A stretch of DNA of 64,000 nucleotides. It comes from Podarcis erhardii (taxonomy: Eukaryota). The notes below the pieces were generated by a model. It was not told the DNA's origin. It made no database searches and was given only the letters and a program-made list of their open reading frames with translations. Numbering within the stretch: position 1 is the first letter of the stretch; the number at the start of each line of letters is the position of its first letter. The stretch lies in NCBI GenBank assembly GCA_964252035.1, contig OZ176204.1; one strand, 5' to 3'. The position numbers and the translations under genes are program-made. Positions 1 to 12,120 of the stretch are shown here, piece by piece.

Positions 1-27
1 TTCAGTAGCTGGTAGTGGGTCTGCCTG

Positions 28-28
<1 letters not shown>

Positions 29-82
<54 letters not shown>
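29..82. repeat. (TTTC)n microsatellite
   Basis: About 13 uninterrupted TTTC units. Confidence 0.97.
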
Positions 83-83
<1 letters not shown>

Positions 84-393
84 GAACTTAAATGACTTTG
101 GAGGGTGGTAGATCACTGCCAGTTTTTGATACTTGTTGGTAGATCACAGCCTACTTGAGGTTGGATGTGCCTGCTCTAAACCATACAGCTATGGTGGCGG
201 AAATGGGAGAAATGACACTCTAAATCAGGGATGTCCAACTCCCAAGAGATTGCGATCTACTCCCAGATTAAAAAAAGAAAAAAATAATGATCTACCCATT
301 TGGGGGATGATAACCCAAAGATGAACTTTTTTTAGGAGGGCAGACCAAAGTTGTTGAGCCTGAAACCCTGGAGAGCTGCTGCCAGTCAAAGTA

Positions 394-768
394 AGGTAAA
401 AAGGTAAATGACCTCTGGACGGTTAAGTCCAGTCAAAGGCGACTATGGGGCATGGTGCTCATCTTGCTTCAGGCTGAGGAAGGCAGTGTTTGTCCACAGA
501 CAGCTTTTCTGGGTCATGTGGCCAGCATGACTTCTGGCACAATGGAACTCCATGACGGAAGCCAGAGCACACAGAAAGACTGCCTACCTTCCTGCCGCAG
601 CGGTACCTATTTATCTACTTGCACTGGTTAGTTTTTGAACTGCTAGATTGGCAGAAGCTGGGACAGAGCAACGGGAGCTCAGCCCGTTGTGCAGATTCAA
701 ACCACCGACCTTCTGATCAGCAAGCCCAAGAGGCTCAGTGGTTTAGACCACAGCGCCACCCACATCCC
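394..768 (-). mobile_element. Sauria SINE, full length, inserted into an older SINE-like repeat
   Basis: The minus strand reads GGGATGTGGGTGGCGCTGTGGTCTAAACCACTGAGCC (tRNA-like head) through the TAGATAAATAGGTACC core to an ACCTT-type tail. Degenerate TSD AGTCAAAGTA (384-393) / AGGCAGAGTA (769-778). The flanks join into CTGGAGAGCTGCTGCCAGTC..AGTAGACAACACTAAGCTAGA, an older repeat. Confidence 0.9.
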
Positions 769-3139
769 AGGCAGAGTAGACAACACTAAGCTAGATACAC
801 CGAAGTTATGACTTGATATAAGACAGTTTCCAAAGTATTTATGAACACACAAGTGAATTCATGCAATAAAATGTCTTTCTAAGGTGTGCAGGCCCCAGTA
901 CATATGCTTTAGAGTTCAAAACCAGCAGGCCAAACAGCTGTGATAATCCTGGTTGCTTATGTTCCTATTTCCCCATAGCCAATTAGGAAGTAGCCTGCAG
1001 CACTCTGCACAAGCTGAAGCTCCTGTACCACTTTCAAGCAAGGTAGGAATTTGTTCTATTTATTACACTATTGAGTTGTATATGAAATAATAATGGAAGA
1101 CTGATGAAAAAGAACCCTAAAGAATAGAACTTAAGCATGAGAGAGAAAACAAGTGATGAAGAGTAAGAAGTTGGACGTGATGAGATAACTGATGGTAGAA
1201 ACAAGGCATCCCGGCAGCCAAGATGGGACTACGTTATTTGCATGGAGCTATGCTTATAATGCAGGACCTCAGTCTAAAGTGATGCTACCCATGCTTTGTA
1301 GCTGTGAATAAAGAAGCAACTGCTGCCAATTTAATTGCATGGAATAAGCTTGCTGTACCGCCAGATGAAACATGAAGCTGGGAACTGAATGCAAAGTGTA
1401 ACACTCAGCTGGTAATAAGGAGAAACCTGCCTGTTGCCTGCAAGAAAGAAAGAAAAACCTGGTTTCCCATCATCACATTTGTGAAAGCTGCCTCACACAA
1501 TGAAAAGCTGGATGTCACAGTCGTAGATCATCAAAACCCAGGGCACTCTTTTTCCGTAACAATAAAAACGATGCACTGAGACTGCAGAGTTTCAGACAGT
1601 TAAGCATGTTGATGCTTCCCCTGATTCACTGTTGTAATGCTAAGTCACACAGGTGGAGTAAAATATATGTGAAGATGCCCAGCTATTATCAGAGGAGGAA
1701 GGGCTTGCCTTACATTATGCTTTGGTCTGTGCCATCTACACTGACCCTAGTAGCTCTTTGGGGTATGCAGATGAGGCATACTGACATTCAAAAAACACTT
1801 TACCTCGAAATGCTGTAAGTATGATCTCTAATATTAGGGGATAACCACATACTTAAATATTTGACCTCTTATAAAAGCTCTTTTTGTTCTAATGAAGGAA
1901 TGGGTTAGGGTTAGTCTAATAAGGCTACACTAAAAAGATCAGGACAAAGTTAACCCTGATATATATACCGTGTGTATATATATATATATATATGCAGTAA
2001 GATTTATCCAATGTGCTCATAATAAGGAAGATTATGTTTCTATTATCCATTCTGTCCTAGGCTACTAGGTCACAATGTTCTACTTTTGGCCTGCAAAAGT
2101 TGGAGTACTATTTCTCATTTTAATCAGGTGCTCATCCCAAAATTCACATACTTTCCCTCTAGCTTAGAGCCTGCAATCCAAATTCCATTACTTGTGGCAT
2201 ATATAAAATGTTTGTCATTTCCAACTTTCAGAATAAATCAGCACAATCCTGTCCAATAATGCCTAAAACTTTTGCAGGCTTTATTTTTTAAATAAAATGG
2301 CTCAAAATTCATTACTTTAGTTTAGATAGACAAACAGAGATAGGAAAATGCTACAATGTAACTCTGGCAACCACTTCCAAAATACCCCAATCCCAAACCC
2401 AATTTTCTTCCTATATGAAGGAAATAATAGCACACGCTTATTCAGAACCACATCTGAAAACAATCTAAGTAGTGGCCCTGAGTTTTCATGTTCAGCTCAT
2501 TCATAATTTTAGAAGACTACATAGTCTTAGGACACATTGGCATAAAATCATTTTTATTTAATGTGCTTATTCAAAACATCACCTAGAGAATCCAGATTAT
2601 GAAAAGGAAACTAACAGATATAAATGATAAATGAATAAATGAATAAGAAATGTAATCCATCTATTCTTATCTGCCAGTGTGGATGCATGGACAGGAAAAG
2701 ATTTGTAAGGGAGAGCCGACGGACAAAGGAAGAGAAGCAAGCCCTCCTGCCTCCTGATTTCCAGCTGCATGTCCCACATACACACATCAGTTCGCAGCAT
2801 GAATGTTACAATGCAAACTCCAAAGGTGACAAGGAATTGCATGTAGGTGAGTGCATGAAATTGCATGCAAGCAAATCAGTGGGCTGGAAGAAGAGTGATG
2901 GAGTGCTCTGTCTCTCCTCTGTACCCAGCAAGGATGCTAAGACGGAAATGCAGCACTGTGCTACACGAGGAACAGAGCTCTCCACCTCTCCTCTGTCAGC
3001 CCATAACAGGCTAGTAAAAAAAACAAAACACCAAAAAAGACTGAAGGATAGCAGTTTCTCTTGAGTTTTTCTACAAGGCTGTAAAAACGTTTAGTTTGCC
3101 TTTTTACAACCTCATCACAATTTTTTTATTATTATTATT

Positions 3140-3899
3140 TGTCAGGGCTGCCTCTAGGTCCCAGCTCACAGAGGACCAACGCCAGGCTGATATTATGTAC
3201 AAAAGTCTTTATTGAAGTTTAGTTTCCATTTCAAACCCCAGAGCGTGCAGCCCTACGTCTTGGCCCTAGACCGGCGAAGTCCCCTCTGAGTCACTACCCC
3301 CTCCGCACCAGTTTAAGATCCTAGCCCGGCTCCACCTCCTGCGCTGTTCCTTCCTCCTCTGGGTCCTTCTGCCCCCTGGGGTTTCCTCCCTCCTGGACTC
3401 TTCTGACGCTGACCCCCCTGAGTCTTGCCCTTCCTTCCGGCGGGCTTTAGGACCTGGCTCCCTCTCTGGGCTACCTGCTGTGCCGCTCGCCTGTACATTT
3501 GAACTTGGCGCGCGCGCCCAGCCGGTGACTTTCCTCTTGACCGTTTCCCCGCTCTCCGATGGAGGTGTGGCCAATCCTGACTCATCTCCTCCCTCTGGTG
3601 GTGGGAAGACTGGTCCCGATGCCTGGGACTCCTCCCCCCCACTACGCTCTGGTGGGGACGCTGGTCCTGATTTCCAACTGCTGCTCAGGGAGTCCCCGCT
3701 GGCCCCTTCCTTCTGGGGTTTCCCCCTTGGCACCCCCCTTGCCCTGGCCATCGGCGCTCCTCTCTGTGAATCTTCCGATTCGCTGGAGAGACTCGTGGAA
3801 TCTCTCTGACCACTGTCACTGCCTACACCTCCCTCGTATTCCTCCTCCTCACTCTCCATTTGCTCCTTCTCCTGTGTCTCTGCTCCTGAACCCCTGACA
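3140..3899 (-). mobile_element. Solo LTR (760 bp, GC-rich) of an LTR retrotransposon
   Basis: TG...CA ends with 8-bp inverted termini TGTCAGGG/CCCTGACA. Perfect 5-bp TSD TTATT (3135-3139, 3900-3904). Minus-strand AATAAA at 3208-3213. Sharp GC contrast with the flanks. Confidence 0.9.
3266..3859 (-). CDS. Uninterrupted 197-aa low-complexity ORF inside the solo LTR (acidic N-terminus, Arg-rich C-terminus); coding status unproven
   Basis: ORF track gives ATG to TAG, wholly within the LTR. No recognisable domain. Confidence 0.25.
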   Translation of the reverse strand: MESEEEEYEGGVGSDSGQRDSTSLSSESEDSQRGAPMARARGVPRGKPQKEGASGDSLSSSWKSGPASPPERSGGEESQASGPVFPPPEGGDESGLATPPSESGETVKRKVTGWARAPSSNVQASGTAGSPEREPGPKARRKEGQDSGGSASEESRREETPGGRRTQRRKEQRRRWSRARILNWCGGGSDSEGTSPV

Positions 3900-4329
3900 T
3901 TATTAATCTAGATTTTCAAGATAGCCTACAAAAGAGAACCATAAAACAAATATGAAACATCAAAACATCAGAAACAAAAGCAATTATTGTAGCAAAAATA
4001 AAAATACACAAAGCAGCAGTTATAAAATCAGTTAAAATTCAGTGCAATCATGTGTGTGTCTAAAACGTGGCTCTCCGGGCAACCCAGTCACATAGCAATA
4101 TATAAATAATAGTAATTATTATTAAGAAAGCCTACAGAGTGACAGGGATATTTAGAGAAGGACTTCTGGTGCCAGACTTAACACGTTTTTTTAAAAAGAA
4201 AAGAGGGAAAAGCTAACATTTTCAATGAATATATCCCGTCCACAGACACCTCTGTGATGATGTTGGCATTGAAATATCATCACAATGCTTAGATCATCAT
4301 TGGGTCCCCATTCCCTCCCCTTTTGGTTG

Positions 4330-4745
4330 GTCCAGCCTGAAGATGAGTGTGCAGCTGCCAGTTAGAACTTACTATGGAATATTGTAATTGGGAGTTGACT
4401 GTCTGTAGGTGTTTGCTTGCCTCATAGCAATTGTCACAACTTAAGGCAATGGGCTGGAATTTTAGCTAAATGGGTACCCCATTAAAGAGTGTCTAGGAGG
4501 GTGTCTCTGTCTGGGGCTGATGGGCCATAACACCTTTCTGATGGTGATCTTGGGGAAGAGCACCCCAATTTGGCTTGAGTGATAGGGCGATCTCCCTTCC
4601 AGGATTGACCCAGACCATCATCAGCTGGCTAGTGTACCAAAGCCTACTCCATGTGTAATAAACGTTGTGGCCTATTTCAACCCAAATAATGATGTTCTCT
4701 TATTTCTTACCAAGGGGTGGGGAGCAGCCTGGCTGGGCAGCATAA
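4330..4745 (+). mobile_element. Degraded LTR, same family as 27881, 37656 and 51786 copies
   Basis: Shares GGTACCCCATTAAAGAGTGTCTAGGAGG (cf. GGTATCCCATTAAAGGGATCTAGGAGG in the 51.8-kb copy), TTGCC..TAGCAATTGTCACAACTT and AATAAACGTTGTGGCC. Boundaries are approximate. Confidence 0.65.
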
Positions 4746-7700
4746 TCCCTGTACCTAGGCTTGTAATAGGTACGCCGCCTTGAGCTCTTCGGAATATTTC
4801 TAAAAGTTCTGACACTCAGGAATTTGATAAAGACAAATATGCTTCAGTCCTTAACTTATAAGAATTCCCGTTGCTTTCAATGGGACCTCTTGCCAGGGGA
4901 GTAAGCTCAAGCTGGGAGCTTATGTCAGCTATTCAAACACAAATTCCGTAATAAGTTTTTTCTGATTTGTTTGTGCATGTTTGATTTGTTTAAATAGCTG
5001 TCCAAGGCAGCAGGGGCATTCTTCCCTCTTTATTTTGGCATTAATGCAAACAAATCACTAACACTGACAGGAAGCTGAAGCTGTGAGAGACGGCTGAAAT
5101 GATAAGAAATGTTTAAGCCGCTGATTAACGTTTAGACATTAGTTGCTTCAACATTTCTAGCATACTGTCAATATCAAAAATGAACTGCAAAAGAGTGTCA
5201 GCGTGTATCATTGAACATTTGCAATTTTTATCTCAACCTGGTACGGAATTAGATTTAGGGAGGATGTGGGTAGGGGGGAGAGAAAGAAATAAGCTTAGAA
5301 AAATCTGCTTATGCAGGGGTGAAGATGTGGAAAAGGACAAGAATGCCAAGGAGAATCAAGAACATATATCTCTACAAATGATTCATCTTGTATGTGTCAG
5401 AGAGAGCCACGTTATAAAAAATATATTAAGGGAAATGTTAATCTATGCACCTTGCCACAATAAATGTCATTGAACAACAAAGCTGTTCAGGGAAAAGTAA
5501 TTAACATACTACTCTACAATTTTGTTTTGCCAGATAAGGAATGTTGCTCATGGCATCAATTTTATCATAGCCCACCCAGATTTACATTTTGGTTGTTTTA
5601 TGTCTGCCTTCTTAGAAATTAAAGGACTCAAAACAGTCTGGAGAAAAGTAACATCCAGATGAAAGAGTCCCTGATACAACGTGAGAGAAAACATTAACGA
5701 TGGAGATGACACTTTGGAATTTCTCTTCAGGGATAAAAGAAAATGTAACGCTATAAATATTTCTGCATAAAACAAAGATGACATGCCAGACAGTATCAAG
5801 GGTAGGCCCTGTATATCACAGACAGCACCTTTTGGACTGTGTGTGCACCCAAGCAGGATTAATCATACTGGTAGCAATTCAATCACCAACCGATTTCTCT
5901 TCTCTGTCTCCTTCACAGCGCTAGAGTACCAAGGCTTCATCAGAAAGAAAGAAACTCTACACAATTACAACAGACCTTGAAATACCACAAATCCTTTCTT
6001 TCTATTTTTATTTTTCTCTTTATTTCCTTTTGGACACAGGAATTGAAAAAGGGTCAAAGTTTATGGTTTCATGACCCCAAAGAATAAATATCACATATCA
6101 GCTCCACCAGGCAAACAAATTTTACTTCTTTGCACTCCAAGATACATTCATCTTCTATTTTAAGAAAGGGGAAAATAATTAGGTGTGTTGTCAAATTATG
6201 CGTTATATGACAGATCATCTGGTATTTGGTGTTTCACTTAAAAGCAGTCACATGGTCCCCAAACTGGATGGGAATAGTGATTTAGTCCTTGCATGAATTC
6301 CTCCAACTCACTGCTATTTGCTCCACTGAAGGAAACATACTTGCACATTTCCTTCAGTAGGGATAACTGCAGTTTTGGCGGGAAAGGGAGATTGTAACTT
6401 TTCTCCTTATCAACTAGGAAAAATGTGTCAGGGGAAAAGTTTAAAAGCCACAATGAGGCTGCTGCAATCTAATTCAGGGGCCCCTGAATCAAGGCATCCG
6501 ACCACAAGATGCCTCACATAATTTAATTCTCACATGCACGCACTATTTGTGAGTACAAATTAGTCTGGGCTGCACGCCTGTCCAGGCTGCTCACCAAAAT
6601 CCCAGCCATTCCCCTCAGATCAACCCCCCAGAGCTTCCCCTTCCCACCCCAATTTCTGAAGCCACTTCCCTTTTCTATTCTGCAGCCCCATTTTGCATGC
6701 GTTACTCAAACCTCTGTCATTGTTTAAACTCACCACCACCTTTCCTCTGTTTCCATCCATTCCTGCTTTATTCAACCATGTGCTGTTGTTTAAAACTACT
6801 ATTCTCCACCCACCCGCTAACTGCATGCAAATCCAAGATTATGATGCAGCACTACAAATCTTCCAATGCAATGACAGGATTGCATTTTTATGTATACTGG
6901 GGAAAATAGATTCTTTCAAACAAAGGCATTAATTTCAATGCATACTTAGCAACTACATCCAGATTTCCAGCACAAGAATTTTTGCACTGGTTTTTTAACA
7001 TCAGACCACATTGTGCAAGGTCGGGAGGGTTTAACCTTTTCCTTTGCAGCTACAAACTTGGGCAATTTCTCCCCACACAGAAATTAGGAAAGTAATAGTC
7101 TCCCCTCGAGCACCATGGTCCTAACTGGACACATTTGCACCACAACATTCCCCCTCCCCAGATTTTCTAATGTCATATCTAATTGAATCCTCAGATTTCC
7201 AGTTTTGTTTTCCCCACTCTTGCCTTCATTTTGTAGTCTTTTCCCTTCCTATCAAGATCTCATCCTTTAAATCTCTTCCTCAAAACTTATTTCTTTCGCA
7301 AGCCTTTTCTTGGCCCAGTGTATCTTTTCTGTATTGCCTGCTAGTATTATTGCTACTCTCACTACTGCTTTCTTGTTTTGTCCCTTTGTTGGTGTCCTGT
7401 ATGATTTATTTAGTTTAGTTAGGCTGAAGGCACTCCAAAGCATGATCCATATCATAACTCAATTACAAAAGCGGGAAGAAATAAGAGTTATGTAAATATA
7501 ATTATTTTCTTCCTACACATGGTAGATAATAAAGATGCCTATATATGACTACGTGTTGGAGAGCGAATAAGGAACAGAAGCCTTGAAGCACAGATTCCTT
7601 ATGCGTAGATAACATTTTGTGGTAGAGGGTATTCTTTTAATGAATATGATTGCAAACCAGGAACCAAATTCAGTCTTCTGGTATACACGACTCTCATGGT

Positions 7701-7805
7701 GGAATAATGGTTACAGATAGGTAGCCGTGTTGGTCTGCCATAGTCAAAACAAAATAAAAAAATTCCTTCCAGTAGCACCTTAAAGACCAACTAAGTTAGT
7801 TCTAG

Positions 7806-7841
7806 GTATGAGCTTTCGTGTGCATGCACTTCTTCAGATAC
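7806..7841 (-). ncRNA. Second minimal hammerhead ribozyme motif (opposite strand)
   Basis: The minus strand reads GTAT-CTGAAGA-AGTGCATGCACAC-GAAA-GC-TC-ATAC. The core is intact, stem I is 4 bp, and stem II is 2 nt shorter than in the plus copy. Confidence 0.7.
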
Positions 7842-8094
7842 ACTGAAACAGAAGTCACCAGACCCTTCTATATAGTGAGAAGGTGGGGAGGGGTATTACT
7901 CAGAAGGGTGGTGGGAATGGGTGATTGGCAGATAGCTGTGATGAGCCTGTTGACGACTCTTAATGACTGCAATAGGTCTTACAGGAAAAAGCAAGGGGTG
8001 AGAAGGTGAAAAATGGCTTTGTCATGTATAATGAGATAAGAATCCAATGTATAACAATAATGTATAACAACAGAATAATGTATAACAACAGAAA

Positions 8095-8136
8095 TGGTAT
8101 CTGAAGAAGTGTGCATGCACACGAAAGCTCATACCA
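8095..8136 (+). ncRNA. Minimal type I hammerhead ribozyme motif
   Basis: TGGTAT-CTGAAGA-A-GTGTGCATGCACAC-GAAA-GC-TC-ATACCA: stem I TGGTAT/ATACCA, CUGANGA core, palindromic stem II, GAAA, palindromic AGCU stem III, CUC cleavage triplet ending at 8130. Confidence 0.8.
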
Positions 8137-9599
8137 AGAACTGACTTAGTTGGTCTTTAAGGTGCTACTGGAAGGAATTTGTTTTGTTTTAACAGAAATG
8201 GGAAACCTCTGCCCCAGGGAAACTGGATGTAGCAGCGGATGCTACATAGAAACCTGCATCCTCAGTCCAACCTCATGCAGTAATTAGGCTTTAAAAAGCT
8301 CCCATTAAATAAAAGTCGTCCCCCCCCAAAAAAACGTAATTGTGCTTTCCATACATTATGACCTCTGCGCACCCTCTCCCTAAGCAGCTTTTAGGATTTA
8401 AATAATTTCCCAGAGGGCAATTAGAGGGGAGGGCACAAATAGGGAGGGAAGGTCAATCCTCTTCTACCCATGTGCTGCAACACCTCCCACCAAGGCATAA
8501 AAAAGAGAGAAAACTGCACCCCCAGCCCCAAGTACCACTAGAATGTGCCCTCCAGAAAGTTCTCATGAGGGAATGTGACCCTTAAGCTGCAAAATGCTCC
8601 CAACCCTATAGTATAAGCAAGATACAACTGCCATGAAAAACAGCAAATCTGAGTCAAGTTTGCAACATACTATATTAAACTCCCCTGATATTCTGCTTCC
8701 TCACACTCACTGGTGAGAGTCAGTGAAGTTGAGAAGGTTTCATGAAACACAGAAAGTGTTGAGAACCAGGCACTTTATATACATGATATAGGAAAGGATA
8801 AGAGCTGAAACAGGGGTGTCATAGTCTGTGGGTGGGTTATTTATTTAGAATATTGACCATGCCTGTTGTTCATACAGGGACATCTTCCCAGTAATGACTG
8901 CTACAGTGCAAATCAACTCTTGGTTATTTTGATTATTTAATTTCTATATTGCTTAATATATTATAAATATCTAAGCTGTGCACAAACCTGAAGCAAAGAC
9001 AGGCACTTAAATATTACAAAAATGTGCAGTTATATATAAAAATGTTACTTTAATACTAAATTGCTGATATATAAAAATCGGTATCAATTCATTTTCCTTC
9101 CGACACACCCTCCCTCTCAGCCTCCAGGTTTTCACTCAGGATCCAAACAAACAAACAAACAACTCACCCACAAAAATATCACAATGAGAAGAGTTCCTGG
9201 AAACAGAGGAGTTTGCTCTAGACTTGTTTTTAATGGGCAGGCCCAATGTGCCTGGTACTTCCTCAGGCTGCCCAAAGCTGTGTCCCATTCATACCCAGTT
9301 CCAGGTGCTGCAGGTTTGCTGAGTTTCCTAGGGGCTCCAGAGGATGTGGAAAGGGCCCCACTCCAGCTACAGCTCTTTCTTCACCCTCTGTCCTCTCCTC
9401 CTCCTCCTCCTCCTCCAGCTGCTTTACTGTTCCATGGCAGGGCAATATATACAATGTGTTCTTGTTACTGGTGGTGGCTAATGTATATAGTATTTTAAAA
9501 TATTCAACAGAAGACTGAGTAAATGAGGGTGGATAGGAGCCAGAAACACTATTTGCCACAGCGATGTATAAAATTTATCACTATAATGAAATGAAGCAG

Positions 9600-9836
9600 A
9601 AGAATTTGGATTTGATATCCCGCTTTATCACTACCTGAAGGAGTCTCAAAGTGGCTAACATTCTCCTTTCCCTTCCTCCCCCACAACAAACACTCTGTGA
9701 AGTGAATGAGGCTGAGAGACTTTACATAAGTGTGACTAGCCCAAGGTCACCCAGCAGTTGCATGTGGAGGAGCGGGGAAGCGAACCCGGTTCACCAGATT
9801 ACGAGTCCACTGTTCTTAACCACTACCCCACACTGG
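9600..9836 (-). mobile_element. tRNA-derived MIR/CORE-like SINE
   Basis: The minus strand starts CCAGTGTGGGGTAGTGGTTAAGAAC (A box), has GGGTTCGCTTCCCC (B box), then the CORE-like TGGGTGACCTTGGGCTAGTCAC. Confidence 0.8.
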
Positions 9837-10424
9837 TGAAGAGATGCTGTTGCATTTTATTTATTTATTTGTATTGTGGTTTAAAAATCAGCTTTCTATT
9901 TTGTTGCTCTTCCTCAGTTTACTACTAGAAGAAGTCATGAAATATTTACTGCTTTTTCAACTCTTATCTTTTCTTGACATGCATACAGAAAGAGCTCCAC
10001 ACTGCAATTCTGCAGATAATTAAAGCTGAAGTGTAAAACAGAGTGGCAGCCATCAAGAGCATGCATTCCACTGATATGGAAAAACTGCACAAATGCTAAC
10101 ATTTCTTACTGGACATTACAACACTGCCTAGGCCAAACTGCCTGTTGTAGAGACAACAGAAAACACTGCAGCATGCCACTGAAATATTCAACCATTACAG
10201 CTGCTGAACACATAAAACAAAATAAAGTAAATGTCAGAGTTAGGACAAGAAAGAAACAGCAGTTCAGGGAGCAGGGTAAAGCCTGTTCTCCTCTGCTGAC
10301 CAGTGATGCAAACTAGATCTATGTTGGTTACCGCCAGAGATTCTAGAACCTGAACCAACAATTCAGAGGTTTTGATAATGAAATATTCAGGCTTGCAATT
10401 TCTTCTGGGGATCCGTAAATGCAT

Positions 10425-10622
10425 TTATTGGATTTATATCCCATCTCTCCTCCAAGGAACTCAAACCAGTGTACATGGTCCGCTGCATCTTTCTTTTATC
10501 CTCACAACAATTCTGTGATGTATGTAAAGCTCAGGAATGGTGACTGGGCCAACGTTATCCAGTGAGCCTAATTGGCTGAGTGGGGATTTGAACCTAGGCC
10601 TAATCAAACACTAACCACTACA
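10425..10622 (-). mobile_element. Old MIR-like SINE remnant
   Basis: Contains TTTATCCTCACAACAA.TCTGTG and GAGTGGGGATTTGAACCTAGG..CACTAACCACTACA, the reverse complement of a tRNA head plus CORE. Confidence 0.55.
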
Positions 10623-11357
10623 TCCTCCTCAATGGCACTTTCTTCTTTCTGTGGCGAAACTCTTGTTCTTAGTACTAATTCTGTTGCTACCTAAAGATGA
10701 TAAGCTTAGCAAGTAGCTGGGAAAGGAGGATAGGATGGAGAAAACAGCAAACCTGGAATGGGATGCTGAAAAAGGTACAACTGGGCAGAGAAGAGAGTGC
10801 AGAGATGAAGACAGAAAGCAATGTGGCCATTTCCTCAGTACCCTGGAATTTGTGTGTGGATAAAGACGTCAGAGAAGCCCTCCTCCCAGGTCCAAGGAGG
10901 ACTAATTTAAATGCAGTGCAAGACGTGTAAGAAAATCTCATTTAAACTCTTTTTATCTCAACTATGCATGCATTACTAACACACCACAGAGCAGGGGTGT
11001 ACTGGTGTGTTAGCACTGCAAATGCAGCAGCTGGGGGCCAGTTTAAACATAGTACCTTTTGAAAGGAAAGTCTCATAAATATCTTTTTCGTACAGATCCC
11101 AGCATCATATTTAAATTGGGCTTCAGGGGCCATTAAAGCTTATTTGAAGAGAAAATGGATTGTTATCTAAGTTGAGAGACCAAAACAGAGAATAAACGTC
11201 ACTTTTTTCAGCAGAACCTTCCTGAAAACGAATTAAAAATAAAAATAAAGCATAAAAGTGTCTCTCCAGAATGCTTAAAGCTCCTGGGTTCAGAATTCGG
11301 ATCAATCGTATTCTAGTCTTGCCCTAGTTGCAGCCCTTGATGACTCTAATGCCATTA

Positions 11358-11619
11358 CAGTGGTGCCCCGCAAGACGAATGCCTCGCAAGACGAAAAACC
11401 CGCTAGACGAAAGGGTTTTCCGTTTTTCGATGCGCTTCGCAAGACGAAAAACATCTTGCGAATCTTGCGATTTTTTAGCTCCCCCCCTTTTTCTAAGCCG
11501 CTAAGCCTTTAATAGCCGCTAAGCCGCTAAGCCGCTAATAGGGTTGCTTCGCAAGACGAAAAACCGCTAGACGAAGAGACTCACGGAACAGATTATTTTC
11601 GTCTTGCGAGGCACCACTG
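11358..11619. mobile_element. Tc1/mariner-superfamily (pogo/Tigger-like) MITE, family A
   Basis: TA|CAGTGGTGCC.CGCAAGACGAA ... TTCGTCTTGCGAGGCACCACTG|TA, with internal (TAAGCCGC)n repeats. A second copy lies at 55185. Confidence 0.92.
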
Positions 11620-11758
11620 TAATTTAAAGCACATTGCATCCCTCCCAAAGGATCACTTACCCCTAGAAATTTACTGTTTACAGAGATGAAATTCCTAGCA
11701 CTTCCAACAAGCTACAGTTCCTAGAATATTTGTGGAGTGCTTTAAATGTATGGTGTGT

Positions 11759-12120
11759 AAGGTAAAAAAGGGAAAGGACCCCTGGATGGTTAAGTCTAGT
11801 CAAAGGCGACTCTGGGGTTGTGGTGCTCATTTTGCTTCAGGCTGAGGGACCTGGCGTTTGTCCACAGACAGTTTTCCAGGTCATGTGGCCAGCATGACTA
11901 AACTGCTTCTGGTGCAATGGGACACTGAGACGGAAGCCAGAACACACGGAAACGCCGTTTACCTTCCCGCCGCAACAGTACCTATTTATCTACTTGCACT
12001 GGTGTGCTTTCAAACTGCTTAGTTGACAGGAGCTGGGACAGAGCAACAGGAGCTCACTCCATTGTGTGGATTCAAACCACCGACCTTCTGACTGGTAAGC
12101 CCAAGAGGTTCAGTGGTTTA
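11759..12120 (-). mobile_element. Sauria SINE (slightly 5'-truncated)
   Basis: AAGGTAAA tail and GTACCTATTTATCTACTTGCAC core. Same subtype as the 394-768 copy. Confidence 0.88.

Larger units (their letters stand above)
7709..8190 (-). mobile_element. Penelope-like element: 5'-truncated minus-strand 3' end (7709-8050) plus inverted pLTR fragment (8098-8190)
   Basis: ~7760-7841 and ~8098-8180 are reverse complements (GTAGCACCTTAAAGACCAAC..GAGCTTTCGTGTGCATGCAC..CTTCAGATAC). The minus strand at 8050-8022 encodes (D)IGFLSHYT*, the C-terminal motif typical of amniote Penelope GIY-YIG ORFs. An inverted pLTR at the truncated end is typical of PLE insertions. Confidence 0.88.

Noticed and set aside
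5030-5960. Repeat-free tract that could be a conserved non-coding enhancer
   Set aside because: Conservation cannot be judged without a multispecies alignment.
9263-9559. 98-aa minus ORF with a poly-Glu run
   Set aside because: It is explained by a (CCT)n microsatellite and has no recognisable domain or splice context.
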